The notes: generated by a model from the letters alone, not told the origin. 41,052 nucleotides of DNA from an uncultured Gammaproteobacteria bacterium (GCA_964637525.1 CAZWUG010000002.1:1-41052); one strand, 5' to 3'. Positions 18,032 to 26,445 are shown, numbered from the stretch's first letter. Made by a program: numbers and translations.

Positions 18032-18588
18032 TCGATAAGCTCAAACAAGAGGCTGATCATTATCTCAACCTTCCTTACATGATTAATCTTGTCCGTGAAG
18101 GGAAAATTATCAAAGAAAGATTTCTCGGAGGCAAAGGGAACTGGAAAGATATTCAAAAAGAAGTTAAAAGACTCGCCAAAGAAGAGAAAATTAACTTAGT
18201 CAAACTTTCTCCTCAGGAACTTTATAACTTTCAAAAAAAACACAAAATCGGTATTGATTGTTCCGGTTTAGCCACCCAATTACTTATTTTTTATGGTAAT
18301 TTAATCAATAAAAAGGTCACTTTAAATCCCCGAAAAACATCGGCCGAAATGCTTACTTCTGCCCCTTTATCCCAAAAGATTATCGATTTTGATTTGATTC
18401 AACCAGGAGATTTAATCCGTCAAAAAAACGGTAAACACGTCCTGTTTATAACCCAAAAAAGAGGCAAAATAATTGACTACATTGACAGTTCATTCGACAG
18501 CCGCGGAGTCAAATACGGCCAAGCCAACATCTCCGACCCACTTTTTGATAACCAAGGCATCTTCCGGCTTAATCAACTCAGTAATTAA
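18013..18588 (+). CDS. NlpC/P60 (C40)-like cysteine peptidase, no signal peptide
   Basis: KIGIDCSGLATQL (catalytic Cys context) and PGDLIRQKNGKHVLFI (catalytic His context). ATG 18013 (MAGTKLIDKL...) is preferred over the TTG at 17947, which lies deep inside mraY. No hydrophobic N-terminus. Confidence 0.5.
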   Translation: MAGTKLIDKLKQEADHYLNLPYMINLVREGKIIKERFLGGKGNWKDIQKEVKRLAKEEKINLVKLSPQELYNFQKKHKIGIDCSGLATQLLIFYGNLINKKVTLNPRKTSAEMLTSAPLSQKIIDFDLIQPGDLIRQKNGKHVLFITQKRGKIIDYIDSSFDSRGVKYGQANISDPLFDNQGIFRLNQLSN

Positions 18589-18759
18589 TTATTTTTCCTC
18601 TATCAACTCTCTGTATTGCAACGGATCAATTGAAAGAATTTCAATTTCAGTGCCGCACTCCTCACATTCCAAAATATCACCCAGCATCATCCCTTCGGAC
18701 TGTTTAATTTCTTCCCCGCAGTCAGGACAAATTATCTTATTTATTTGTGTTTGTGTCAT
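18589..18759 (-). CDS. LysW-like zinc-ribbon protein (amino-group carrier protein family-like), 56 aa
   Basis: Hand translation of the minus strand gives MTQTQINKIICPDCGEEIKQSEGMMLGDILECEECGTEIEILSIDPLQYRELIEEK. It has a CxxC...CxxC ribbon and a GDILECEECGTEIEILSIDPL core as in LysW/ArgW, but the tail ends EEK rather than EDWGE. It is below the 60-aa ORF-track cutoff. Confidence 0.6.
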   Translation of the reverse strand: MTQTQINKIICPDCGEEIKQSEGMMLGDILECEECGTEIEILSIDPLQYRELIEEK

Positions 18760-18800
18760 CTAAGTAAAAAATATATAATTGCTTAAAGCTAATCCATTAT

Positions 18801-19622
18801 ATGACAAATACACCCTTAGTTAAAATAGATAACTTTTATCTCAAAAGAGAAGATCAAAACATCACTGGTTCTGCCAAAGACCGGGCCATGCCTTTTCAAA
18901 TTGCCAATCTTAAAAAATTAGGTTTCACCCAAGCCGTTATTTCCAGCACCGGCAATGCCGCCATTTCTGCCGCTCATTTTTGCCATGAAAACAATATTAA
19001 TTTAACCATTTTCCTTTCTTCAAATATCTCTCCCTCGAAGTTAGCCGTTTTAAAACAATTTGATCATGAAATTATTTTTTCTCTTCAACCCATTAGTAAC
19101 GCTATAAAATTTTCCAAAGCCAACCACGCTTATCTTTTGCGACAATCTACTGATCCTTCAGCCCTAGAAGGGTATAGTCAAATCGCCCAAGATTTAATTA
19201 CTCAATTACCTCAAACTACCAGCATTTTTATTCCTATCGGCAGCGGTACCACTTTAATTGGTATTTCCCAAAAACTTTCTAAAACAGTTAAAATTTTTGG
19301 CGCCCAATCAAGTGCCAATCCCACCATAAGCAAATTATTCGATGATCAATTTACCCCGGAAAACAGACTAATTACCCATGCTTTATCAGCCAAATTTCTG
19401 CCTCAAAAAAAGGCAGTTATTGAAACTATTAAGGATAGTCAAGGATATTGTTTTACCATCCAAAACGAAGCTATTATTTATGCCGGTTCATATTTAGAAT
19501 CTCAGGGAATAATTACCTCCCTCGAAAGTGCCCTAGCTTTTGCCGCTTATCAAAAAGCCATAAAAAATAATTTTGAAATAGGGGAATACCCTGTTATTTT
19601 ATTAACCGGGACCAAAAGATGA
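18801..19622 (+). CDS. Fold-type II PLP-dependent enzyme (threonine synthase / cysteine synthase-like, PALP family)
   Basis: TPLVKIDNFYLKREDQNITGSAKDRA (PLP lysine context), SSTGNAAISAA, IPIGSGTTLIGI glycine loop, and a C-terminal LESALAFAAY..VILLTGT. At 273 aa it is short for ThrC. Confidence 0.7.
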   Translation: MTNTPLVKIDNFYLKREDQNITGSAKDRAMPFQIANLKKLGFTQAVISSTGNAAISAAHFCHENNINLTIFLSSNISPSKLAVLKQFDHEIIFSLQPISNAIKFSKANHAYLLRQSTDPSALEGYSQIAQDLITQLPQTTSIFIPIGSGTTLIGISQKLSKTVKIFGAQSSANPTISKLFDDQFTPENRLITHALSAKFLPQKKAVIETIKDSQGYCFTIQNEAIIYAGSYLESQGIITSLESALAFAAYQKAIKNNFEIGEYPVILLTGTKR

Positions 19623-20791
19623 TCCAAAAAAATTTTGATATTTTCAACAACTCACCTTATTCATTTTATTTTTTAGTTGTCGACCAATTTTTAGATATTT
19701 CTTTACCTCAACTCAAAAATTTTCATCTAATTTATGCCTCCAAAAATAAAAACCTCAAAAATATTAAAAACCCCTATTTCTGTCTTGAAGAACAGGGGAT
19801 TAAGCTATCAGAAAAAAATAGCGGCAAATTACTTTCCTCCCCAAAAGTCATTGAATATATTAGACAAACTTCAACCGTTAACCACCTTCAGGTAGTCATT
19901 ATCCCTTTTAAACCATCTGCAAAAATTGAATATATTTGCCAACAATTTAATTGGATTAATGCCGCTGTTTCTTCAAAACTTAACCGTTTTTTAGAAGATA
20001 AAAATCAATTCTCCACTTTTTGCCAAAAACATAAACTTCCTATTATTCCTTCATCTTTAGACTCTTTTAATCAGCAAAATTTTCTCAAAAATCAACAAAA
20101 ATTTTCTCAAAAATTAGTTATCCAATCACATTTCGGTTGGGCCGGGAACAGTACTTTTTCTGCCGATAATTGGGATGATATTCAAAATTCTTTCCCCAAA
20201 GACACAAGAGTGAAATTTTCTCCGTTTATTTCGGGGTACTCTCTTACGAACAATTGTTGTTTAACCAAAAAAGGGTTAGTCCAAAGTCAACCGGCACTCC
20301 AACTTACCGGCATTAAACCATTAACTCAAAACCCCTTTGCTACCGTCGGTCGCCAATGGCCGTCAATGTCTCCCCCAAAAGTTACTCATCAACTTTCTAA
20401 AGTTACCTTAAAATTTGCCAAATTAATTAAAAAACTTGGTTATCAAGGATTCTTTGGTTTAGATTTTTTAGTTGACCAAAACTATCAAGTTTATCTACTT
20501 GAATGCAACCCCCGACTCACCGCCTCTTTTGCTTTTTATACCCAATTAGAACTCAACCAAGGGCTATTCCCTTTATTTTTACTCCACCTGGCCCAATTTA
20601 TTAAACTTTCTTCAATCCCCAAATCCAAACAAATTCAACTAAAAATAAACTCGGCTAACATTACCGGAACCGAAATTACTCAAAAAAATAATAGTCGGAC
20701 TATTGCCAAATACCAACAACTCCAGCCGGTTAGCTCTCAAACAAATCCTGTTATTATCCCCCAAAAAATAATCGATCAGTTGCATGGCTAA
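19619..20791 (+). CDS. ATP-grasp domain ligase, unknown substrate
   Basis: LGYQGFFGLDFLVDQNYQVYLLECNPRLTASF is a typical ATP-grasp Mg/ATP-binding C-terminal motif (E-x-N-x-R). It is not Ddl-like or RimK-like by eye. ATGA overlap with the PLP enzyme gene. Confidence 0.7.
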   Translation: MIQKNFDIFNNSPYSFYFLVVDQFLDISLPQLKNFHLIYASKNKNLKNIKNPYFCLEEQGIKLSEKNSGKLLSSPKVIEYIRQTSTVNHLQVVIIPFKPSAKIEYICQQFNWINAAVSSKLNRFLEDKNQFSTFCQKHKLPIIPSSLDSFNQQNFLKNQQKFSQKLVIQSHFGWAGNSTFSADNWDDIQNSFPKDTRVKFSPFISGYSLTNNCCLTKKGLVQSQPALQLTGIKPLTQNPFATVGRQWPSMSPPKVTHQLSKVTLKFAKLIKKLGYQGFFGLDFLVDQNYQVYLLECNPRLTASFAFYTQLELNQGLFPLFLLHLAQFIKLSSIPKSKQIQLKINSANITGTEITQKNNSRTIAKYQQLQPVSSQTNPVIIPQKIIDQLHG

Positions 20792-21950
20792 TTCAAAAAA
20801 AAATTCATTTATCAGTCTTATCTTTATTCTTATTTCAATTGGTTTTACTTTTATTTCCATTTCTTCTCTTACAGAAGCCAACAACACCGCCGGAGACAGA
20901 TTTTATTTTCTCAGAAAACAAGGATTTTGGATTCTTATTAGCCTTGTCGCTTTTTATTTTTTTTCCAAAATTAAACTTGAATTAGTCAAGAAATTCTCCG
21001 GCGTATTTTATGCTTTTTCCCTCATCTGTCTGATTTTAGTTTTAATCCCCGGTTTTAGTAACTCTATTCTTGGAGCCAGGAGATGGTTAAATCTTGGAAT
21101 TTTTAGTTTCCAACCTTCTGAACTTTTAAAACTCAGCTCCGTTATTTACTTTGCCAATTTATTTTCTCAGGATTCAAAAAGAAATTTAACTAATTTACTT
21201 ATCTACCTTATCGGCCCTTTTTTCTTAATTATTTTGGAACCAAATTTAAGCACAGCCATCTTAATATTTACTATTTCAATTTCTATGTTTTACCTATCCG
21301 GTGGCAAAATAATACCAATATTTACTCTCTGTATTAGTTTCATAATTTTAGCTTTTATTTTAGTCGTTACCTCACCATATCGCCTTAATCGCCTTCAAAC
21401 TCTCATCAATCCACAAGAGTCAGAGTCGTCTTATCATAGTAATCAAATAATTCTCTCTCTTTCATCCGGTGGAATTTTTGGCAAAGGCTTTGCTAACTCA
21501 GACCAAAAATACCGATTTCTTCCTAAAATATCAACAGACTCAATTTTAGCCATAATTGGCGAAGAAATGGGATTTTTTGGCATCATCAGCATAATTACTA
21601 TCTACACTTATCTAATTATTTACCTGATAAAAACTTCTTCCCTGATAAAAGACCAATTTTCCTCATTAATTATGGCCGGTACCGCTTGTTGGATTGGTTT
21701 TCAAGCTCTAATCAATATTGCCGCCATTGCCAATATAATTCCCTTGACCGGAGTCCCTTTACCCTTCATTTCCTACGGAGGATCATCATTAGTTACTCTT
21801 ATGGTTGCTATCGGCCTAACTTATAATATCGAAAAGAAATATCGATTATTGGTATACTCTGATTATGACCAAAAGGATACTGCTCACCGGCACTCATCTC
21901 ACCCCCGCCCTAGAACTCATTCGCCAACTCCAACAAGATCAAAAAATTAA
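20784..21950 (+). CDS. ftsW: SEDS-family peptidoglycan glycosyltransferase FtsW
   Basis: Polytopic protein with RRWLNLGIFSFQPSELLKL, DSILAIIGEEMGFFG and PLTGVPLPFISYGGSS motifs, in the dcw position. Its His/Pro/Arg-rich tail overlaps the murG start. Confidence 0.9.
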   Translation: MANSKKNSFISLIFILISIGFTFISISSLTEANNTAGDRFYFLRKQGFWILISLVAFYFFSKIKLELVKKFSGVFYAFSLICLILVLIPGFSNSILGARRWLNLGIFSFQPSELLKLSSVIYFANLFSQDSKRNLTNLLIYLIGPFFLIILEPNLSTAILIFTISISMFYLSGGKIIPIFTLCISFIILAFILVVTSPYRLNRLQTLINPQESESSYHSNQIILSLSSGGIFGKGFANSDQKYRFLPKISTDSILAIIGEEMGFFGIISIITIYTYLIIYLIKTSSLIKDQFSSLIMAGTACWIGFQALINIAAIANIIPLTGVPLPFISYGGSSLVTLMVAIGLTYNIEKKYRLLVYSDYDQKDTAHRHSSHPRPRTHSPTPTRSKN

Positions 21951-22950
21951 TTGGCAAATAAGCTATATCGGTCGGGAATCAAGTTCAAATGAACCAAAAA
22001 ATACCTCTATAGAATCAAATACTATCCCTGCTACCGGAGTTAATTTTTATTCCATCCCTTGCGGCAAATTTGACAGAAGATACCTTCCCAACACTTTAGT
22101 CGGAATCCCAAAAACTATTTTGGGATTTTTAAAAAGTTTTAAGTTAATCAACGCCATTAAGCCAAATATTGTGGTTTCTTTTGGTGGCTATGTCTCAGTC
22201 CCGGTCATTATTGTTTCTTTTATCAAAAGAATCAAAACTATCACTCATGAACAAACTTTAACCAATAGTCTAACCACTAAAATCAATAGCCATTTTGTCA
22301 CCAAAGTTGCTCTTTCATTTAATAACCAAAATCAAATTGCTGCTCTGCCAAAAAATAAAGTTGTTATTACCGGCAACCTCCTCCGCTACCAACTATTCCA
22401 AAAACAATTAACAATTCCAAAAGGCTTAAAGCTAAAAGCTAATAAGCTAATCACTATTTACATTACTGCCGGAAACCAAGGGTCACATCATCTTAATTTA
22501 ATTATCAAAAAAATTATTCCTAACCTTAATAATTACAATATTATCCATCAAACAGGTAAAATTGATTTGGATTATTTCAAAAAAATAAGCCAAAAGAAAA
22601 CCAATTATTTTGCCTCAAATTATTTTGACACTAACGATTTTAGTTGGATAATCAATAATTCACAAATTGTCATTAGCAGATCTGGTGCCAACACCAGTCA
22701 AGAAATTGTCGCCCTGCACAAAAAGTCTATTCTAATTCCCTTACCCAAAAGCCAACAAGACGAACAACTCCTCAATGCTCTTTGGGTAAAAGATCAAATT
22801 CCGGAAACAATTATAATTAAAGACCAAGACCTGACCCCCAAAAAACTCTTAAATTCCATTCAACAAATCTCTCAAACCAACATTAAACCCCACCATCAAA
22901 CCCACCAACCAAACAATAAACTATTACAATTAATTCATGAAGTTGTCTAA
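21865..22950 (+). CDS. murG: Undecaprenyldiphospho-muramoylpentapeptide beta-N-acetylglucosaminyltransferase MurG (divergent)
   Basis: GT28 architecture: N-terminal RILLTGTHLTPALEL (degenerate G-loop 1), VVSFGGYVSVP, SRSGANTSQEI and QDEQLLNA (the position of the MurG Q/E nucleotide-sugar motif). In the dcw position after ftsW. Confidence 0.8.
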   Translation: MTKRILLTGTHLTPALELIRQLQQDQKINWQISYIGRESSSNEPKNTSIESNTIPATGVNFYSIPCGKFDRRYLPNTLVGIPKTILGFLKSFKLINAIKPNIVVSFGGYVSVPVIIVSFIKRIKTITHEQTLTNSLTTKINSHFVTKVALSFNNQNQIAALPKNKVVITGNLLRYQLFQKQLTIPKGLKLKANKLITIYITAGNQGSHHLNLIIKKIIPNLNNYNIIHQTGKIDLDYFKKISQKKTNYFASNYFDTNDFSWIINNSQIVISRSGANTSQEIVALHKKSILIPLPKSQQDEQLLNALWVKDQIPETIIIKDQDLTPKKLLNSIQQISQTNIKPHHQTHQPNNKLLQLIHEVV

Positions 22951-23323
22951 AAAAATAATTTTTATCATTTTATCGACATTATTAATTGGTGGTATTTTAT
23001 TTTTTTTCTTTCTCAACCCAAACAAAAATTCATTTAATCCAATTTCTGATAAGAACAGTTTTTATAGTCAGCTCAATTTAGCTCTCAAAACCAGTCAATT
23101 GGAAACTTCTTCCTGGCAAGTTAGAGACTTTATTCATCAAATAGAATTTACCATATCTAACGGTGATAATAATTTTAAAGCTATTTTATCAGACCAAAAA
23201 AGTCCGGTTTGGCAAATTGCATCTTTGCAAGAACTCATTAAAACCGCTAAAATTAATAATCAGTCTCTTAAATTAGTTAATTTAAGCGTGGCTCATCCAT
23301 ATGCAACATTCAAAAATAATTAG
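22937..23323 (+). CDS. Small bitopic membrane protein, FtsQ/DivIB-like by position only
   Basis: 128 aa with a single N-terminal TM helix, lying between murG and ftsA where ftsQ normally sits. It is much shorter than canonical FtsQ and no POTRA domain is recognisable. Confidence 0.4.
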   Translation: MKLSKKIIFIILSTLLIGGILFFFFLNPNKNSFNPISDKNSFYSQLNLALKTSQLETSSWQVRDFIHQIEFTISNGDNNFKAILSDQKSPVWQIASLQELIKTAKINNQSLKLVNLSVAHPYATFKNN

Positions 23324-24548
23324 CGGCATCGATATCGGTACTTCCAAAATTACCACCATCATTGGCCAGTATTCCGACTCTGAGGAAAAATTTAACGTTA
23401 TTGCTGTCTCTTCCATTCCCGCTCTCGGTTTTCGCAAAGGTCAAATTATCAACATAGAACAAGCCTCAAACACTATTACTCAAAGCATAGAATCAGCCGA
23501 AAGAATGGCCGGATTTCAAATAAATTCCGCTTCTATCTGCTTATCCGCCCCTCATATTGAGTCTATTAATTCTCACGGAGTTGTAGCTATCAGCAATCCC
23601 AACGGAGAAATTAATCAAAATGATATCCAGCGGGTTATTGAAGCCGCCAAAGCCGTTTCCATTACCCCCAGCAAAGAAATTATTCATATTATTCCCATCA
23701 AATATACCGTTGATGGCCAGGAGGGGGTGATTGATCCAATTGGAATGAACGGAGTTCGTTTAGAAGTTGAAGCTCATTTAATTATTGCTTCTACTCCCTC
23801 CCTAAAAAATATCCAAAAATGTTTAGAAGATATTGGCATAAAAATAGATCAATTAGTTTACTCCGGATTAGCTGCTGCCAGATCAACCTTGACCGAAACT
23901 GAAAAAGAACTCGGCGTTGCTTTAATCGATATCGGCGGCAGTGTTACCTCATTAACTATTTTCAACGAAGGTTCTCCTGTTTTTTCATCAGTCATTCCCA
24001 TAGGCGCCAACAATGTCACTAACGATTTGGCTATCGGGCTACGTTTTTCCCTCGAAGATGCTGAAAAAATAAAACTCCGGCTTACCAAAGTTTCTGAATC
24101 CAAAAAATTTGAAGATGAAATTGATCTTTCCTCTTTTGGAATTGAATCAGACGACAAACGGAAACTTTCTCTTCAAACAGCCATCAATGGAATTGTTAAA
24201 CCACGCTTAGAAGAAATTTTTCAATTACTTTACTCGAAAATTGATGAAAGTGGCTTTCTCACCTCAATCCCCGCCGGAGTTGTTCTTACTGGTGGAGGAG
24301 CTCAAACCGTCAATATTAAAGAAATTTGCGAAAAAATTATTCCTCTCCCCTTACGTATTGCTAATCCGCCAAAAGTTGGCGGCATTATTGATGATATTAT
24401 CAACCCTGCCTACAGCAGTTCTATTGGCCTTCTCATGCTAACCAACGATAATAAAAAAATTTCTTCAAGTTCTATCAAAAAAAATAAAATCCACTTTAAA
24501 TTAAATTTCGACAAGTTCAAAAAAATTATTGAATCTTTAATGCCATAA
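23301..24548 (+). CDS. ftsA: Cell division protein FtsA
   Basis: Actin-fold motifs GIDIGTSKITTIIG, ALIDIGGSVTSL and VLTGGGAQ. About 415 aa, immediately upstream of ftsZ. Confidence 0.92.
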   Translation: MQHSKIISGIDIGTSKITTIIGQYSDSEEKFNVIAVSSIPALGFRKGQIINIEQASNTITQSIESAERMAGFQINSASICLSAPHIESINSHGVVAISNPNGEINQNDIQRVIEAAKAVSITPSKEIIHIIPIKYTVDGQEGVIDPIGMNGVRLEVEAHLIIASTPSLKNIQKCLEDIGIKIDQLVYSGLAAARSTLTETEKELGVALIDIGGSVTSLTIFNEGSPVFSSVIPIGANNVTNDLAIGLRFSLEDAEKIKLRLTKVSESKKFEDEIDLSSFGIESDDKRKLSLQTAINGIVKPRLEEIFQLLYSKIDESGFLTSIPAGVVLTGGGAQTVNIKEICEKIIPLPLRIANPPKVGGIIDDIINPAYSSSIGLLMLTNDNKKISSSSIKKNKIHFKLNFDKFKKIIESLMP

Positions 24549-24551
24549 TTT

Positions 24552-25721
24552 ATGGGTCTTATAAAAACTCTCACGGGTCAATTTGCTAAAATCAAAGTCA
24601 TTGGAATTGGCGGGGGTGGTAATAACGCCATCAACTCCATGATCAGTGAAGATAGTATTAAAGGAGTCGATTTTGTTGCCATTAATACCGATTCTCAGGC
24701 GTTATTAAATTCTCTTGCTCCGATAAAAATACAAATAGGAGAAAAATTAACCAAGGGCTTAGGTGCCGGAGGCAATCCTCAAATGGGGCAAAAAGCCGCC
24801 GAGGAATCAAAGGAAAGAATCAAAGAAGCTCTCGCTGGTACTGATATGGTTTTTATTTGTGGCGGTATGGGAGGAGGCACTTGCACCGGATCTGCTCCAA
24901 TTATTGCCGAAATTGCCAAAAAAGAACTAGGTATTTTAACTATTGGCGTTGTCACTAAACCTTTCATGTTCGAAGGTACACGGCGCATGACCAATGCCGA
25001 AGAGGGGATTTCCCAATTAAGAAATAATGTTGACACTCTAATAGTTATTCCTAACCAAAAAGTTATGGAAGTTGTCAATAATAAAGCCACTTTATTGGAA
25101 GCTTTTAGAATTGCCGATTCTGTACTCAATAAAGGGACCAAAGCTATCGCTGATTTAATCACCGTTCCTGGTCTTATCAATCTTGATTTTGCCGATATTA
25201 AATCAGTTATGAGTAATGCTGGTTCTGCACTAATGGGAGTTGGCGAAGCCGAAGGAGAAAATCGAGCCCAAATGGCCGTCCAAGCCGCCATTGAATCCCC
25301 ACTGGTTGAAGCCACTATAGAAGGAGCTAGGGGAGTCTTAATAAATGTCACCGGTGGCCCAGACATTACCATGTCAGAAATTGAACAAGCTGCTCAAACC
25401 ATCACTCAAAAAGCGGCTCCTGATGCTAATATAATTTTTGGTGCCACTATTGACCAAGATCTAAAGGGTAAAATAAAAATATCAGTGATTGCCACTGGGT
25501 TTGATAATACCAAAGTAAACTTTTTGAAAAATATTAAAAAACCCACCATCGCCGAAAGTGATCCAACCCCAAAAACCGTTACACCATCAGAAGGATTAAA
25601 TGAGCCTCAAGAAATTAGCCATCAAGAAGTCAAAAAACTCTTAGGCGACCAGGATCTGCCGGTTGGTGTTGATATTGTTGATGAGTTCGACATCCCAGCG
25701 TTTTTAAGAAAAAAAAATTAA
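24552..25721 (+). CDS. ftsZ: Cell division protein FtsZ (tubulin signature variant GGGTCTG)
   Basis: KVIGIGGGGNNAIN, NTDSQAL, GMGGGTCTGSAPIIA and a C-terminal DIPAFLRKK peptide. Confidence 0.95.
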   Translation: MGLIKTLTGQFAKIKVIGIGGGGNNAINSMISEDSIKGVDFVAINTDSQALLNSLAPIKIQIGEKLTKGLGAGGNPQMGQKAAEESKERIKEALAGTDMVFICGGMGGGTCTGSAPIIAEIAKKELGILTIGVVTKPFMFEGTRRMTNAEEGISQLRNNVDTLIVIPNQKVMEVVNNKATLLEAFRIADSVLNKGTKAIADLITVPGLINLDFADIKSVMSNAGSALMGVGEAEGENRAQMAVQAAIESPLVEATIEGARGVLINVTGGPDITMSEIEQAAQTITQKAAPDANIIFGATIDQDLKGKIKISVIATGFDNTKVNFLKNIKKPTIAESDPTPKTVTPSEGLNEPQEISHQEVKKLLGDQDLPVGVDIVDEFDIPAFLRKKN

Positions 25722-25743
25722 AAAACGTGGTAAAATAGTCAAA

Positions 25744-26445
25744 ATGAGCCACGAAACACTTCATTCAGGCAATTTACCGGAAAACTTTAGCTATCGCCAT
25801 AATTGTGAAAGATTAGTTACTTTTGATCATCAAATTTTAACCAGACAATTACTATATAAAATTAGATCGGAAGGAAGTGGAGGGCCACAATTAGTAGACG
25901 AGATAAGAACTCTTGCTGCCATCATAGGACAAAGCTGGCTACACACATATAACCGGTGTGATTCTGTAATCGAAGATGGGCCTTATGGCCAGATCGAAAG
26001 ACCTGTTATTACCAACCCTCCAACCATCATCGGAATCCCCCGAGGAGGTGTCCCAATGGCTGAAGGAGTGAGTATGGTTTCTCCAGATTCACAATTATTA
26101 TTTACAAATGCAGGAAAAAATAAAGATCCCAACAAAAGATTGCTGCCCGAAAATTTACCAACAAAAACCAGCCATATAATAATTTGTGATACAGTCGTAG
26201 GTACAGGAGATACCGTTGCTAACACCATACAAGAATTAAGTATATATTTCCCCACCATAAATATCAGTTTATTTTCCGCCATCGCTTCTGAAGTTGGTAC
26301 AAGAAGATTATCTAACGAATTTCCAAATTTAACAATATATGCCGCTTGCCTAGAATCAAAATATGAATTGATTAATATAGATGGCAAAAGTGTATTTTTT
26401 GTTCATGGTATCGGTGATGTCGGGGATATGGTTTCAAGAAAATAA
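25744..26445 (+). CDS. Type I phosphoribosyltransferase, uracil-PRTase-like
   Basis: FDHQILTRQLLYKIRSEGSGGPQLVDEIRTLAAII resembles the UPRT N-terminus. IIGIPRGGVPMAEGV and the PRPP loop IIICDTVVGTGDTVANTI are also present. Confidence 0.6.
   Translation: MSHETLHSGNLPENFSYRHNCERLVTFDHQILTRQLLYKIRSEGSGGPQLVDEIRTLAAIIGQSWLHTYNRCDSVIEDGPYGQIERPVITNPPTIIGIPRGGVPMAEGVSMVSPDSQLLFTNAGKNKDPNKRLLPENLPTKTSHIIICDTVVGTGDTVANTIQELSIYFPTINISLFSAIASEVGTRRLSNEFPNLTIYAACLESKYELINIDGKSVFFVHGIGDVGDMVSRK

Noticed and set aside
18473-18763. 96-aa plus-strand ORF overlapping the end of the NlpC/P60 gene
   Set aside because: Its 3' two-thirds is the mirror image of the minus-strand LysW-like ORF (18589-18759), which has a clear Zn-ribbon signature. 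The plus-strand translation is featureless.
22431-22450. GCTAATAAGCTAAT inside murG, resembling the intergenic GCTAATAGCTA motif
   Set aside because: It lies in coding sequence (KANKLIT), is only a partial match, and probably occurs by chance in AT-rich DNA.
24779-25372. 197-aa minus-strand ORF inside ftsZ. The same applies to similar antisense or off-frame ORFs at 3249-3509, 4292-4486, 15774-16412, 23858-24157, 25983-26387, 26759-27028, 27165-27446, 34295-34645 and 38926-39276.
   Set aside because: These are shadow ORFs lying entirely within strongly supported conserved genes on the opposite strand or in another frame. Their translations are low-complexity with no motifs.
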